A DNA stretch of 62,974 nucleotides, the filler included, from Deltaproteobacteria bacterium (GTDB taxonomy: Bacteria; JAGRBM01; JAHCIT01), in NCBI GenBank assembly GCA_026129095.1. It is 5 parts of 5 records of this genome, joined end to end, with 100 filler letters (N's around TTAATTAATTAA, not from the genome) between each part and the next. Parts side by side here need not be neighbours in the genome. Positions count along the whole stretch, not along the records: positions 35,870 to 49,378 come from JAHCIT010000021.1; positions 49,479 to 55,854 come from JAHCIT010000022.1; 3 more parts are not named here. One strand, 5' to 3'. Position numbers and translations under genes: made by a program. The notes under the pieces are model-generated. The model had not been told where the DNA came from. It was given only the letters and a program-made list of their open reading frames with translations, and did not search any database. Every line of letters starts with the position of its first letter. Position 1 is the first letter of the stretch. Positions 39,182-51,600 of this stretch are shown here, one piece after another.

Positions 39182-40408
39182 ATGAAGGTCCACACGATCC
39201 GTTATCTCGTTATCCTGGCTGCGGTGCTTCTGGCCCCGCGCTTTGCGCTGGCCGGCGGCAGCAGCCCGCCGCCCATTACCCTGCGGGTTCACCCGGTGGT
39301 GATGAACGCCACGACCACCAGCGTTGATGTCATGTGGGAGAGCTCGGAAGCCGCTGCCGGCAAGATCCGGATCGGCACGCAGGCCAACCTCTCGGGAGCC
39401 TCGCTGCTCACCGATTCCCGTACGATCAGGATCCACAAGGTCAAGATCAACGGTCTCCAGCAGAACAAGAAATACTACTACCGGATCGAACTCGCCGACC
39501 AGATGAGCCCGATCAACTCGTTCACGACCGCTCCTTCCAGCACGAGCGAGCCATTCCGTCTCGTCATGCTCGGCGACACCCGCCGTGGGTACGGACCGGA
39601 AGCGTGGTTCCTTGAGGCCGGCGAGGACGACGATCACCGCGCCGTCTCGCGTGCCGCTCTCAACACCGCGCCCGACGTTTACCTGAACTCCGGCGACTTC
39701 GGCATGCTGGGCCAGGACGAGGGCGACGTGATCAACTTCTTCAAGCAGGAGAAGGAACTGCTCGGCAACTCGGCGTTCTACCCGGTTTACGGTAACCACG
39801 ACTTTGCCTGGTTCTTCGGTCTTGCTGACGCGAGCCTGGGCCTCGGCAATACCCTCTACGATTCCTACTTCATGGTTCCGGGGAACGGCGATTTCGACTA
39901 CTACTCGTTCAATTACGCGAATGTGCACTTCCTCGTGATCAACTCGAACGGCTGCAACTCGTCGGGCACCTGCCCAAGCACGTTCGCTCCGGGGACCGCG
40001 CAGTACGCCTTCATCCAGTCGGATCTGGCCGCTGCGAAGAACAACCCGGCGATCAAGCACATCGTCGTCAGCCACCACCAGCCGGCGGTGGGCGATGGAG
40101 GCGTGGACAGCGGCTTCAACGCCCTGTTCCCGCTCTACCAGCAGTACGGTGTGAAGACGGTCGTCACCGGTCATGTTCACAACTACGAGCGTGCGGTCAA
40201 GGACGGCATCACCTACCTCGTGACCGGTGGCGGCGGCTCACCCCTGTCCGGCACGAACTCCAGCTCCTACACCCAGCGGATCGCCAAGGAGCTGAACTTC
40301 GTGGTGGCCGACTTCACGGCGACCGGCGCCAGCTTCAAGGCCTACGGTGTGGTGGGCGACGACAACACCGCCACCTGGCTGCTCGACAGCTGGAACATGA
40401 CCTATTGA
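39182..40408 (+). CDS. Secreted purple acid phosphatase-like metallophosphoesterase (FN3 + calcineurin-like)
   Basis: Signal peptide; GD, GDFG, GNHD, HH and GHVH motifs; GAGGAG RBS. Confidence 0.9.
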   Translation: MKVHTIRYLVILAAVLLAPRFALAGGSSPPPITLRVHPVVMNATTTSVDVMWESSEAAAGKIRIGTQANLSGASLLTDSRTIRIHKVKINGLQQNKKYYYRIELADQMSPINSFTTAPSSTSEPFRLVMLGDTRRGYGPEAWFLEAGEDDDHRAVSRAALNTAPDVYLNSGDFGMLGQDEGDVINFFKQEKELLGNSAFYPVYGNHDFAWFFGLADASLGLGNTLYDSYFMVPGNGDFDYYSFNYANVHFLVINSNGCNSSGTCPSTFAPGTAQYAFIQSDLAAAKNNPAIKHIVVSHHQPAVGDGGVDSGFNALFPLYQQYGVKTVVTGHVHNYERAVKDGITYLVTGGGGSPLSGTNSSSYTQRIAKELNFVVADFTATGASFKAYGVVGDDNTATWLLDSWNMTY

Positions 40409-40455
40409 TGTGAGGATGGCGCGCGGCTGACTCCTCCGCGCCACGCACACGCAGA

Positions 40456-40494
40456 TCCGGCCCGCCCCTTCAATGAGGCGGGCCGGACTGTTTT
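40456..40494 (+). terminator. Probable rho-independent terminator
   Basis: TCCGGCCCGCC...GGCGGGCCGGA stem followed by CTGTTTT. Confidence 0.7.
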
Positions 40495-40581
40495 GGGGGA
40501 AGCGGAATATCCCGCCGGACTTGCGCCCGCCCGCTCAGCCGCGTTAGGGATTGCATCCCGCGGAAGGCGGGATTGCATCCC

Positions 40582-43062
<2,481 letters not shown>

Positions 43063-43069
43063 GGGTGGC

Positions 43070-43474
43070 CTAGCCCGCCGCTTCTGAATCGCTGTCACTG
43101 TGCTCGGCGGGAGGGAGTTCGATCCTGAACGTGGGTGGCGAGACGTTCATTCCCACGGCTTCCAGAAACTGTTCTACCCGGTGTTCAAGATTATGAGTCC
43201 GGATGCCAAGCACGGTTTCCGGGAGCCCTTCCTCCAGGTGCTCCAGTGCCTGCTGGGCTTCGTAACGTGCCTGATCGTAGTGGAGCGGATCCGCAATATC
43301 GCCGCCGTGAACCTTTGCATAGGCCCGCGTCAGGCAGGTCATCGCTTCGATCAGGTTTTCCTCTGCGCCCGACTGGGTTTCCCCTTCGAGATCGGAAAAC
43401 CGGTCGAGGGCATCGTCCCAGTCTTCCCGATTGAATGCCTCGATGGCCGCCCGGAAACGCACTCTTGTATTCAT
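43070..43474 (-). CDS. Helical hypothetical protein, DUF309-like
   Basis: FRAAIEAFNREDW...GIRTHNL pattern. Confidence 0.5.
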   Translation of the reverse strand: MNTRVRFRAAIEAFNREDWDDALDRFSDLEGETQSGAEENLIEAMTCLTRAYAKVHGGDIADPLHYDQARYEAQQALEHLEEGLPETVLGIRTHNLEHRVEQFLEAVGMNVSPPTFRIELPPAEHSDSDSEAAG

Positions 43475-43530
43475 ACGGACATGCTACCCGGAACGGAAAG
43501 CCGGTCTCCATGACATTTGGCAGAAACCAT

Positions 43531-45168
43531 TCAGTCCGTCCCATCCACCTGGATGAGCCCGTGCCGGACCAGTTTCCCGTGCAGCGAGCCCCGGGAAATC
43601 CCGAGCGCGCGGGCGGCCTTTGCCTGCACGCCGCCCATGTCTGCCAGTACCCGGCGGAGTATTTCCCGCTCGATTTCGTCGAGGGTTTTCCCCTGGAACT
43701 CCGGGCGGCTGGCCAGATAACCGCCGCTCGCGGCCGCATCGGCGGTGCTGCCGGTGAAAACCGCATCGGGGCCTATGGCAGGACCATCGGAGATCACCGC
43801 CGCCCGCTCAACCGTATTCCTGAGTTCGCGGATATTCCCCGGCCAGTCGTGCTGGCGGAGTTTGTCCAGCGCTTCCGGGGAGAGCGACCGGCCTCCATCC
43901 AGAAACGAGGCGGCAAGGAGGGGCAGATCGCTTTTGCGCTCCCGTAGCGGTGGCATCCGGACCGGGATGACGTTGATCCGGTGGAAAAGATCCTCGCGGA
44001 AGCACCCCTCCCGGAGCCGGGCAGTAAGGTCAGCGGATGTGGCGGCGATGATCCGCGGCGCAGCGGGGATATCGGTAGTGGAACCAACGGGGCGGACTGT
44101 CCCGCTTTCCAGCGCACGAAGCAGCTTGACCTGGCAGTGGACAGGAAGATCGGCGATTTCGTCCAGAAAGAGCGTTCCGGCCGCGGCAGCAGCAAACAGC
44201 CCCGGATTGCGCTTGATGGCTCCCGTGAATGCTCCCGGCTCATGGCCGAACAGCTCGCTTTCGAAGAGCGCCTCCGGGATGGCTCCGCAATTGACGGCGA
44301 TGAACGGCTGGCCGGCCCGCGCCGAGAGCATGTGCACCAGCCGGGCATATACCTCCTTGCCGGTGCCGGTTTCACCGAGAACAAGGACGGTGGCGTTGCT
44401 TGGGGCGATACGGGCAGCGAGACGGCGGAGCTGGACGATGGCGGGCGTTTCACCCCGCATGAGCTCTGCGCCGGCATCTTCGGTGCCGCCCATGTCGCCG
44501 GCCTGCAGTTCCTGGCGGAACAGGAACCGGAGATTGCCGATCTGGATGCGGTCGCCGTCTGCAAGCAGTGCGGCGCCGGTTTCCCGGCCGTTGATCCGGG
44601 TGCCGTTTCTTGATCCCAGATCCTCGATCCGCCAGCCGCCTGGAACCGGAACCAGCCTTGCGTGCAGGCGTGAGACGAACTCGTCAGCAAGCACAATGTC
44701 GCAATCCGGTGACTTGCCCACGGCGATAGCCCGGTCGGGGAGGGGAAACACAGCCGATACCGGTCCCCTCGCCTTCCCCAGCAGTTCGAGGCGGGCCGCC
44801 ACGCAAGTGATCTGTTCTGGGGTTGCCCGGAGCAGCCGGGTGGGAAGCGCCCGGGCTACCGATGTGGGGCCAGCCGGCCCGGCCGGGGCAAGGCTGAAGA
44901 TGATCCTGTAAGGGCCGATGCCGATGGAGGCGCCGTCGGCAAGCGGGGCGGCACCCTCGACGTCTGATCCGTTGAGAAGCGTTCCGTTTACGGACTGGTC
45001 AACCAGCTCGTAGCCGCTGTTTGCCGGGCGGATCCGGGCATGGATGCGGGAGATGCCGGGGGCAGGCAAAACGACGGTCGCCTCCGGTCCGCGGCCCATG
45101 ATGACTTCCCCCTGGACCGGGCACTCGATGATCCGTCGTCCGCCAAGATGAATATCCAGTCGTGGCAT
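43531..45168 (-). CDS. FHA-FHA-sigma54 enhancer-binding protein
   Basis: Two FHA domains (GR/GK..SR.HA..S.NGT), GETGTGKE, GAFTGA and WPGNIREL; start ATG 45168. Confidence 0.93.
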   Translation of the reverse strand: MPRLDIHLGGRRIIECPVQGEVIMGRGPEATVVLPAPGISRIHARIRPANSGYELVDQSVNGTLLNGSDVEGAAPLADGASIGIGPYRIIFSLAPAGPAGPTSVARALPTRLLRATPEQITCVAARLELLGKARGPVSAVFPLPDRAIAVGKSPDCDIVLADEFVSRLHARLVPVPGGWRIEDLGSRNGTRINGRETGAALLADGDRIQIGNLRFLFRQELQAGDMGGTEDAGAELMRGETPAIVQLRRLAARIAPSNATVLVLGETGTGKEVYARLVHMLSARAGQPFIAVNCGAIPEALFESELFGHEPGAFTGAIKRNPGLFAAAAAGTLFLDEIADLPVHCQVKLLRALESGTVRPVGSTTDIPAAPRIIAATSADLTARLREGCFREDLFHRINVIPVRMPPLRERKSDLPLLAASFLDGGRSLSPEALDKLRQHDWPGNIRELRNTVERAAVISDGPAIGPDAVFTGSTADAAASGGYLASRPEFQGKTLDEIEREILRRVLADMGGVQAKAARALGISRGSLHGKLVRHGLIQVDGTD

Positions 45169-45391
45169 AGGCAGCGGTAGGCAGGTTATCCCAACCCGGA
45201 CAGGGCGAACAGGGCAGCGTGCGGGATCTGGTATGACAGCTATCCTGTCCACCGGCGCGGGGGGATGGTAGTTAGGCAGCAGGGAGCCGGCGTGGGGCCA
45301 TGCCAGCTTGATTCCCCGGCCGTTTCTTCGCATGATCGGCCGTTTGACGGATTACGCAAGGGCGCGGATTAACCCCGCGTTTTGAAACAGG

Positions 45392-46915
45392 ATGGATGCA
45401 GACAAGACCACAACCGGAAGCGTGTCCAGCGGGGTAGACCGCACGATTTCCTCCTCCGGCGGCATTGTCCGGGCCGTGTCCCGCCTGGACCGGCTGCTCT
45501 GGAACTTCTTTTCCGATGTCCGGGTCGGGGTGGGGCTTCTCGTCCTGCTTGCGCTGCTCACGATGGCCGGGACGTTCGTTCCGCAGGTGACAGGGAATAT
45601 CTCCGACGTGACAGGTTACATTGACCGGATCGGCCGCGACCGGGGCATGCTCTACAACCGTCTCGGCCTGTTCGATCTCTATAACGCCTGGTATTTCAAC
45701 GCCACGCTGGGACTCATGTGTCTTGCCCTGATCGTGGTGAGTCTCGACCGGTTCCCCAAGCACTGGAAGCTGTTCCGCCAGTGGCAGCCCACGCCATCGC
45801 CGTCGAAGTTCACCACCTCGTCCATCAGGGACCGGCTGGCGCTTCCGAAAGCGGTCGAGAAGCGGGGCCAGATCCGGTCGGCGCTGGCCGCGGTGTTTGG
45901 CCGGGTGACCGAAGCAGAAAAGGACGGATCGGTTTATTTCTATGTCAATCGCGGACGGATCAACCGGCTGGGTCTCTACTTTGTCCACGTCGGTATCCTC
46001 GTTATCTCGTTCGGTTCCTACTATGGCAGCAAGAGCGGGTTTTCGTACGGCCAGATGCGGATACTGGAAGGGTTCGCCACGCACCGTTTCCTGCTGGTAG
46101 ACCGGCTGGATGAGAAGCTGGAACCGGTCGTTTACCGGATGGAACTCCCCTTCGAGGTCCGCAATGACCAGTTCTCGGTCGAGTTCTACCGGGATCCCAA
46201 GACCGGTGTGCTGAGCGAGCGGGCTAAGGAGTTCCGGTCGAAGCTGACGTTCTTCGAGGGCGGCAAGGAAGTCCTGAAGACCGACCTTCTCGTCAATCAT
46301 CCCTATACCTACCGCGGCATCACCTTCTACCAGGCATCCTACGAGAAGGCTGGCGGGACGGCCCATCTGCTCATGGGGACTCCGGAGGCGACAGTGCCCG
46401 TCGCCCATGAAGCGGAACTGGACCAGCCGTTCCGGGTGGCGGGTTCGGATCATGTCTACAAGGTGACCCAGTTCATCCCGGAGTTCCGGACCGAATCCCG
46501 CGGCGACCTGGGGCCGGCAATTGTCATCGAGGAGAAGGATCCGGACGGCAACGTGGTCGAGGTGTTCCCGGTTCTCCAGAACTATCCGGGGCTCGACCGG
46601 TTGCGGAATGGCCGTCATGTTTTCGAGGTGGAGCGGTTTGTCCCGCGGTATGTGACCGGCCTGCAGCTCACCAGCGATCCGGGCATCGAGGCCGTCTGGG
46701 CAGGCTGCGCCATGATGGTGATCGGGCTTCTGATAGCGTTCTATATCCCTCACCGGCAGGTATGGGTAAGGCTCGATGGGCAGGGGGTGGCGCTCGCGGC
46801 TTTTTCGAACAAGCATGAGGACGCGGTGTCGCGCCGGTTCACGGCGCTGGTCGAGCGGATTGTCTCCGAAACCGGCGCCCGGCCTGTCGAAGGCGCCGCT
46901 GCACGGGAGAAGTAG
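45392..46915 (+). CDS. resB: Cytochrome c biogenesis protein ResB/Ccs1
   Basis: GTFVPQ, LFDLYNAWYF, VNHPYTYRG.TFYQASY and TGLQ...DPG. Confidence 0.92.
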   Translation: MDADKTTTGSVSSGVDRTISSSGGIVRAVSRLDRLLWNFFSDVRVGVGLLVLLALLTMAGTFVPQVTGNISDVTGYIDRIGRDRGMLYNRLGLFDLYNAWYFNATLGLMCLALIVVSLDRFPKHWKLFRQWQPTPSPSKFTTSSIRDRLALPKAVEKRGQIRSALAAVFGRVTEAEKDGSVYFYVNRGRINRLGLYFVHVGILVISFGSYYGSKSGFSYGQMRILEGFATHRFLLVDRLDEKLEPVVYRMELPFEVRNDQFSVEFYRDPKTGVLSERAKEFRSKLTFFEGGKEVLKTDLLVNHPYTYRGITFYQASYEKAGGTAHLLMGTPEATVPVAHEAELDQPFRVAGSDHVYKVTQFIPEFRTESRGDLGPAIVIEEKDPDGNVVEVFPVLQNYPGLDRLRNGRHVFEVERFVPRYVTGLQLTSDPGIEAVWAGCAMMVIGLLIAFYIPHRQVWVRLDGQGVALAAFSNKHEDAVSRRFTALVERIVSETGARPVEGAAAREK

Positions 46916-46924
46916 GGGACGCTG

Positions 46925-48310
46925 ATGGATGATGGACTGTTCAATGTATCGATAAGCCTGTTTGCCGTCTCGTCATTCGGCTACCTCGCGGCAACGGTAT
47001 TTTACCTCGTCCTTCTGGCCCGCGAATCGAAAACGGTTGGCTGGCTTGCCACGGGAATACTCTGGGTGACGGTTGCCGCCCACACGGCGGCCCTCACGAC
47101 ACGGTGGTTTGTGTCGGGCTGGCACCAGCCGCCATGGACGAACCTGTATGAATCGCTCGTCTATTTTGCCTGGGGCGTGGGGCTTGTATACGCGATCTTC
47201 GAGGTGCGCGCGAAAAACCGGCTGGCGGGCGCGTTCGTCATTCCCATCGCCTTCATCCTGATGGGACTGGCGGCGCTTTCGCAGGACAAGGAAGTCGCCC
47301 AGGTCATGCCGGCGCTCCAGAGCCGCTGGCTGCATATCCACGTTTCCTTCGCCTGCTTTGCCTATGCGGCGTTTTTCACGGGTTTCGGCTTCGCGTTCCT
47401 GTACCTGGTGCGGGACGGGGTTACCGCCGTGCGGATGCTTCCCTGGGCGGCGGCGGGACTGTTCGTAACCATTGTCGCGCTGGAATACGGCGACCTCGTG
47501 AAATATGGCGAATTCACCTTCGACAGCTACCGGATTTCGGCCGAGGGCGGGGTCGAGATGTATCCGCTGGTGGCGCCGTACGTGGGCCCCCTCAGCGTGG
47601 CAGCGGGGCTCTTTTCCCTCTCGGTGATTGTCGCCGGGCTCGCCGACCGGTACCGGGAGAACCCCGAGTTCATGAGCGGCGGCCGGGCATCCGGGGCCGG
47701 CCGTTCGTACGCGCTCGCCGTGGAAAAGCTGGCCGCCCTGTGCGCCCGGATCATTCCCCGCGGACCCTACGTGCTGATCACCTCGGCAGTGACGCTGCTG
47801 CTGCTCATCGCAGTGATTGCCGTGGCGATCCGGTTCGGCTGGGCGACCCGGCCCATTCCCATGAAGCCGGAGATGTCCCTGCTGCAGATCGGCCTCAATG
47901 CCTACAAGCTGTCGCTGCTGGTGGTGAGCGTCTTTTCCATCGGCATCCTGCTGGTGGTCCATGCCGCGGGTGCGGGCTTCCCGGCGCGGTTGCCGGAGGC
48001 CGCCATCCTGGACCGGTGGAGCTACAAGAGCATCCTCGTGGGCCTGGTGCTGATGACGCTGGTGCTCATTACCGGTTCGATTTGGGCCAACTACGCCTGG
48101 GGCCGGTTCTGGTCGTGGGATCCGAAGGAGAACTGGGCACTCATCACGCTGCTCACCTATGCCGCCTACATGCATGCCCGGATGGCGCGGAGCTGGAGCC
48201 CCAAGGCCACGGCCGTGTTCGCCATCGTGGGGATCGTCGTGGTGATCTTCACCTACCTCGGCGTCAACCTGTTCCTGGGCGGCCTGCACTCCTACGGCCG
48301 GCCGTCGTGA
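46925..48310 (+). CDS. ccsA: Cytochrome c biogenesis protein CcsA/ResC
   Basis: NLYESL, PALQSRWLHIHV, WANYAWGRFWSWDPKE (WWD domain) and GLHSY. Confidence 0.95.
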   Translation: MDDGLFNVSISLFAVSSFGYLAATVFYLVLLARESKTVGWLATGILWVTVAAHTAALTTRWFVSGWHQPPWTNLYESLVYFAWGVGLVYAIFEVRAKNRLAGAFVIPIAFILMGLAALSQDKEVAQVMPALQSRWLHIHVSFACFAYAAFFTGFGFAFLYLVRDGVTAVRMLPWAAAGLFVTIVALEYGDLVKYGEFTFDSYRISAEGGVEMYPLVAPYVGPLSVAAGLFSLSVIVAGLADRYRENPEFMSGGRASGAGRSYALAVEKLAALCARIIPRGPYVLITSAVTLLLLIAVIAVAIRFGWATRPIPMKPEMSLLQIGLNAYKLSLLVVSVFSIGILLVVHAAGAGFPARLPEAAILDRWSYKSILVGLVLMTLVLITGSIWANYAWGRFWSWDPKENWALITLLTYAAYMHARMARSWSPKATAVFAIVGIVVVIFTYLGVNLFLGGLHSYGRPS

Positions 48311-48335
48311 CCCCGCGCCGGCCGGAAGGAGCCCC

Positions 48336-48938
48336 ATGCCCACGCCCCTTCTGAAAGACCCGCGCCAGCTCGTGATCCTGCCGCCCGCCGCCTCGGCGGA
48401 CCGGCTCCCGCCCGGGACGCTTCCGGAAGTGGCCATCGCCGGGCGGAGCAACGTCGGGAAAAGCTCGCTCATCAACCGGCTCCTCGGCACCCGCAAGGCG
48501 GCCCGCGTGTCGGCGACGCCCGGCAAGACGCGCCTGATACACCTCTACGAAATCCCCGGCCTGCTCCGGCTCGTGGACCTGCCCGGCTACGGCTACGCAA
48601 AGGTTTCCCAGAAGGAGCGCAACGAGTGGCGCCAGCTCATTGACCGCTACCTGAACGACCGGGCCGAACTGAAAGGCGTCATCTGCCTCGTCGATTCGCG
48701 CCACGAGGTGTCGGAACTGGACTCCGGACTGCTTCACTACCTGGCCGGGCTCGGCATCCCGGCCCAGCCGGTCCTCACCAAGTGCGACGGTCTGAAGCCA
48801 TCGAGGCGCGCCGCCGAGATCCGCAAGCGGGCGGCCGAGCTGGAGTTCGACCCCGCGGGCCTCATCGCCACCAGCGCCGAAACCGGCGCGGGCCTTGAGG
48901 AGCTTGCCCGGGCCGTGAGGGCGATGGCGGGGGCGTAG
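48336..48938 (+). CDS. engB: Ribosome biogenesis GTPase YihA/YsxC
   Basis: GRSNVGKSS, TPGKT, DLPGYG and TKCD. Confidence 0.96.
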   Translation: MPTPLLKDPRQLVILPPAASADRLPPGTLPEVAIAGRSNVGKSSLINRLLGTRKAARVSATPGKTRLIHLYEIPGLLRLVDLPGYGYAKVSQKERNEWRQLIDRYLNDRAELKGVICLVDSRHEVSELDSGLLHYLAGLGIPAQPVLTKCDGLKPSRRAAEIRKRAAELEFDPAGLIATSAETGAGLEELARAVRAMAGA

Positions 48939-49140
48939 TTATCCCGCGCTTCCGGCCTGCCCAGAGCCCCATGGTATAATGGCTGGCGGATAGAGGGGGC
49001 TGCACGCCCCATTGAAAGAGCAGCAGGCCCGGCCCTGAAGGGGTTTGAAAGTTTCGCAAATTGCTTCGGTTTAAGGAAACTTGTGTCCTGCTTTTCAGGC
49101 TGTTAGCTGTGTTGCGCCCGGACGGTGAACCGGGCCGCCG

Positions 49141-49299
49141 CCACGCCTCACCACGGCTCACCACGCTTCGCCACACCTCAACATGGGTCAGGCCGGTAGA
49201 AGGTGATGGAGATCACGCCAAAATAGTAAGTAAAAACAGCTATTTATACTCACCACGCTTCACCACGGCTCACCACGCCTCGTTTGAGGTGAGGCGTGG
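49141..49299. repeat. 10-bp tandem repeats (CCACGGCTCA-type) in two blocks around an AT-rich spacer
   Basis: Four units at 49141-49180, three at 49251-49282 and an inverted copy at 49285-49299. Confidence 0.88.
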
Positions 49300-49378
49300 C
49301 CACCAGCCGGACCTCGCTCTTGGGAGTGCCGGGAAAGGGTTATTAGAAACAGAAATCAGTTCTGATTATGGGGAGCAC

Positions 49379-49478
49379 NNNNNNNNNNNNNNNNNNNNNN
49401 NNNNNNNNNNNNNNNNNNNNNNTTAATTAATTAANNNNNNNNNNNNNNNNNNNNNNNNNNNNNNNNNNNNNNNNNNNN
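49379..49478. other. Artificial contig linker
   Basis: N44-TTAATTAATTAA-N44. Confidence 0.99.
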
Positions 49479-49480
49479 GG

Positions 49481-49840
49481 GCGCTTTCCGGCCTGGGCTC
49501 CCTGCCGGTTGAGCCGCTGCTCCGCCTCGGGGACGGCACGGCGGCGAGTCTGGCGGGCCGTATCTTCGGCCTGCAGCAGAAGGTGCACCGGGCGCTTGGG
49601 GCGCTGGAGTCGCTGGAGAAGACGCACCTTCTCACGCTGAGGAAGGCCCGGGAGATGCTGAAAGCCCAGGGGAAGGACGGCATCGTGCGCGACCTCGACG
49701 GCGTCATCGCCCAAAACGAGGCGGACAGCCTGACGGGAATGGGGGCCGATCCGTCGATCCTCATCCTGGCGGGCCTGGGAGTCTGGGCCGGGTGGAAGCT
49801 GTGGAACTGGCTGAAGAACCGGAGGGCCGCCGATGCCTGA
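49481..49840 (+). CDS. 5'-truncated hypothetical protein with C-terminal TM anchor (putative virion membrane protein)
   Basis: Frame is open to the contig edge (ALSGLGSLP...); ends LTGMGADPSILILAGLGVWAGWKLWNWLKNRR. Confidence 0.7.
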   Translation, partial: ALSGLGSLPVEPLLRLGDGTAASLAGRIFGLQQKVHRALGALESLEKTHLLTLRKAREMLKAQGKDGIVRDLDGVIAQNEADSLTGMGADPSILILAGLGVWAGWKLWNWLKNRRAADA

Positions 49841-50405
49841 GGTTTATCCCGTCATCGAAGAGGGAATTAACGCCGGGAGAATGAATCCGGCTCCGGAAGC
49901 CGTGCCGGAAAGCGTGCCAGAAGTTTCGCCGGCCGCCCCCGCGCCCCGCAAGAGTGCAAGCGAGCTGTTTCTCATCGGCATCCTGCGCGGGCTTGTTTAT
50001 GTGGACGCCCGCAGGCGACGCGTGGGCTTCCAGCCAAAGGAGACGATCCTCCTGTGCGGGGACGGGGATAAACGCCTTGTGTTCTGCTACGGGGCGAGAG
50101 GCACAAGGGCGCAGGAGATGAGCCGCGTGATCCTCGGCCACCACGAGGAGTTCAATGGCTTCAGATGCCAGCGGGTCTTGAGCGCCGTGCATGCGGCCAG
50201 GACCGGTGCGTGCAGGCTCCTCGGCGACCTTGTGGAGATCGTCTACTGGTCGGACAAGTGCATCGACGGCGAGTCGTGCAAGTCGCCCTCCAACTACCAC
50301 CACCTGTTCGAACCGGAGTTTCCGCAGCTCTATGCCGCTCCCGGCAGGCATCTTCTTGCCGGAGGAGGCTCGTACAAACTGACCCGCCGCGGCATCGTTG
50401 GATGA
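49833..50405 (+). CDS. Hypothetical viral protein (G-x-L-x-x-I/L-V-Y duplicated; YHHLF...GGSYKLTRRGI)
   Basis: Overlaps the upstream stop and has a GGAGG RBS; globular beta-rich composition. Confidence 0.7.
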   Translation: MPEVYPVIEEGINAGRMNPAPEAVPESVPEVSPAAPAPRKSASELFLIGILRGLVYVDARRRRVGFQPKETILLCGDGDKRLVFCYGARGTRAQEMSRVILGHHEEFNGFRCQRVLSAVHAARTGACRLLGDLVEIVYWSDKCIDGESCKSPSNYHHLFEPEFPQLYAAPGRHLLAGGGSYKLTRRGIVG

Positions 50406-50430
50406 AGCGGGGAAAAACGGAGAAACGACG

Positions 50431-51573
50431 ATGGCAGCAAAGACGAGAAAAAACCCGCTCATCGGGAGCGTGATCGCCAACCCCGCGCTGTTCGCCAAAA
50501 AACTTCAGCCTGGGCAGAAGATGTATTTCAACATCGGCCGCAGCTCGAAGGCCTACCGGAGCGACAAGCGGCCGCAGTATATCGTGATCGAGGGGCCGCC
50601 GGCCGCGGCGGCGCGTCCGGCTGTTCGACAGCCCGTTCGCCAGGCTGGCCGCCAGGTTGTTCGACCGGCGGCAAGAAGGCGGGTGGCGCGGCCCGCCAGC
50701 GCCGCCGGTCCAGCCGGCATGGGGGCCACGGCAGCAGTGCCCGCGGCTCCGCCCCCCGCCGCCGCGCCTTATACCGCCGCGTCCCACACCAGCGGCCCAG
50801 CGCCGAAGAAAGCGGCCGCGAGGCACCGGCGCCGGAAGGCGGGAAAAATGCCGGTGTTTCCTCCCTTCACACCGCCCTCGCAGCAGGTGCGGGAGAATCC
50901 GTCGCTGTTCGGCGGCGGCCGGAGCGCGGCCGGCGACATCGCCACGCTGATCGCCCAGGCGATCGGGGCATTCGTGGTCCTGGGGCTTGGCATCCCGCTC
51001 GTCAAGCGCGTGATGCTGAACGTGCTCAAGAAGCCGGAGACCGGGGCCGGCGGCAGCCCGTCGATCGCGTCGCATGCCGCGCAGCTGGGTCTTTCGGCGG
51101 CGGCGTTCGCGGCGGCCGAGAAGACCATCCGGGACGGGCGGCTCAAAACGCTCGTCCAGGGGACGGCCGTCATCACGGCGGCGGCCCCGCTCATCAACCA
51201 TCTGATCGAGAAGATGCGGCCGGGTTCGGCCCTGAGACTCCTCGGGGACGCCGGCCCGGTCCGCCTCAGTTTCGACGTGGAACCGCAGGCCCTGGACGCC
51301 GCGCTCGCGAGCGACCTGGAGGACCTGGACAGCAGCCCCGCCATCGACCGGCTACTGACGGAAAAGGCGGCGCTGCCGGTGCCTGAATTCGCACAGACCG
51401 CGGAAGCCTCGCCGGTTCCCGCACTAGCGCCGGGCGCAAGGCCGGAGGCCGCCAGCGGCGGGGAGGCTCTTGGCATGCAGTCCGGCCCCGGCGAGCCGCT
51501 TTTCCCGAGTCTCGGCAACCTCATCGACCCCGATGACTTCACGCTCCATTTCGGAGCCCTTCACATCAACTAA
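50431..51573 (+). CDS. Basic/Ala-Pro-rich membrane protein preceding the putative capsid gene
   Basis: GGAG RBS before ATG 50431; Arg-rich N-terminal half, three hydrophobic helices and an acidic tail. Confidence 0.72.
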   Translation: MAAKTRKNPLIGSVIANPALFAKKLQPGQKMYFNIGRSSKAYRSDKRPQYIVIEGPPAAAARPAVRQPVRQAGRQVVRPAARRRVARPASAAGPAGMGATAAVPAAPPPAAAPYTAASHTSGPAPKKAAARHRRRKAGKMPVFPPFTPPSQQVRENPSLFGGGRSAAGDIATLIAQAIGAFVVLGLGIPLVKRVMLNVLKKPETGAGGSPSIASHAAQLGLSAAAFAAAEKTIRDGRLKTLVQGTAVITAAAPLINHLIEKMRPGSALRLLGDAGPVRLSFDVEPQALDAALASDLEDLDSSPAIDRLLTEKAALPVPEFAQTAEASPVPALAPGARPEAASGGEALGMQSGPGEPLFPSLGNLIDPDDFTLHFGALHIN

Positions 51574-51600
51574 TCCCACAGGAAAAGGACAAAGACAGCC

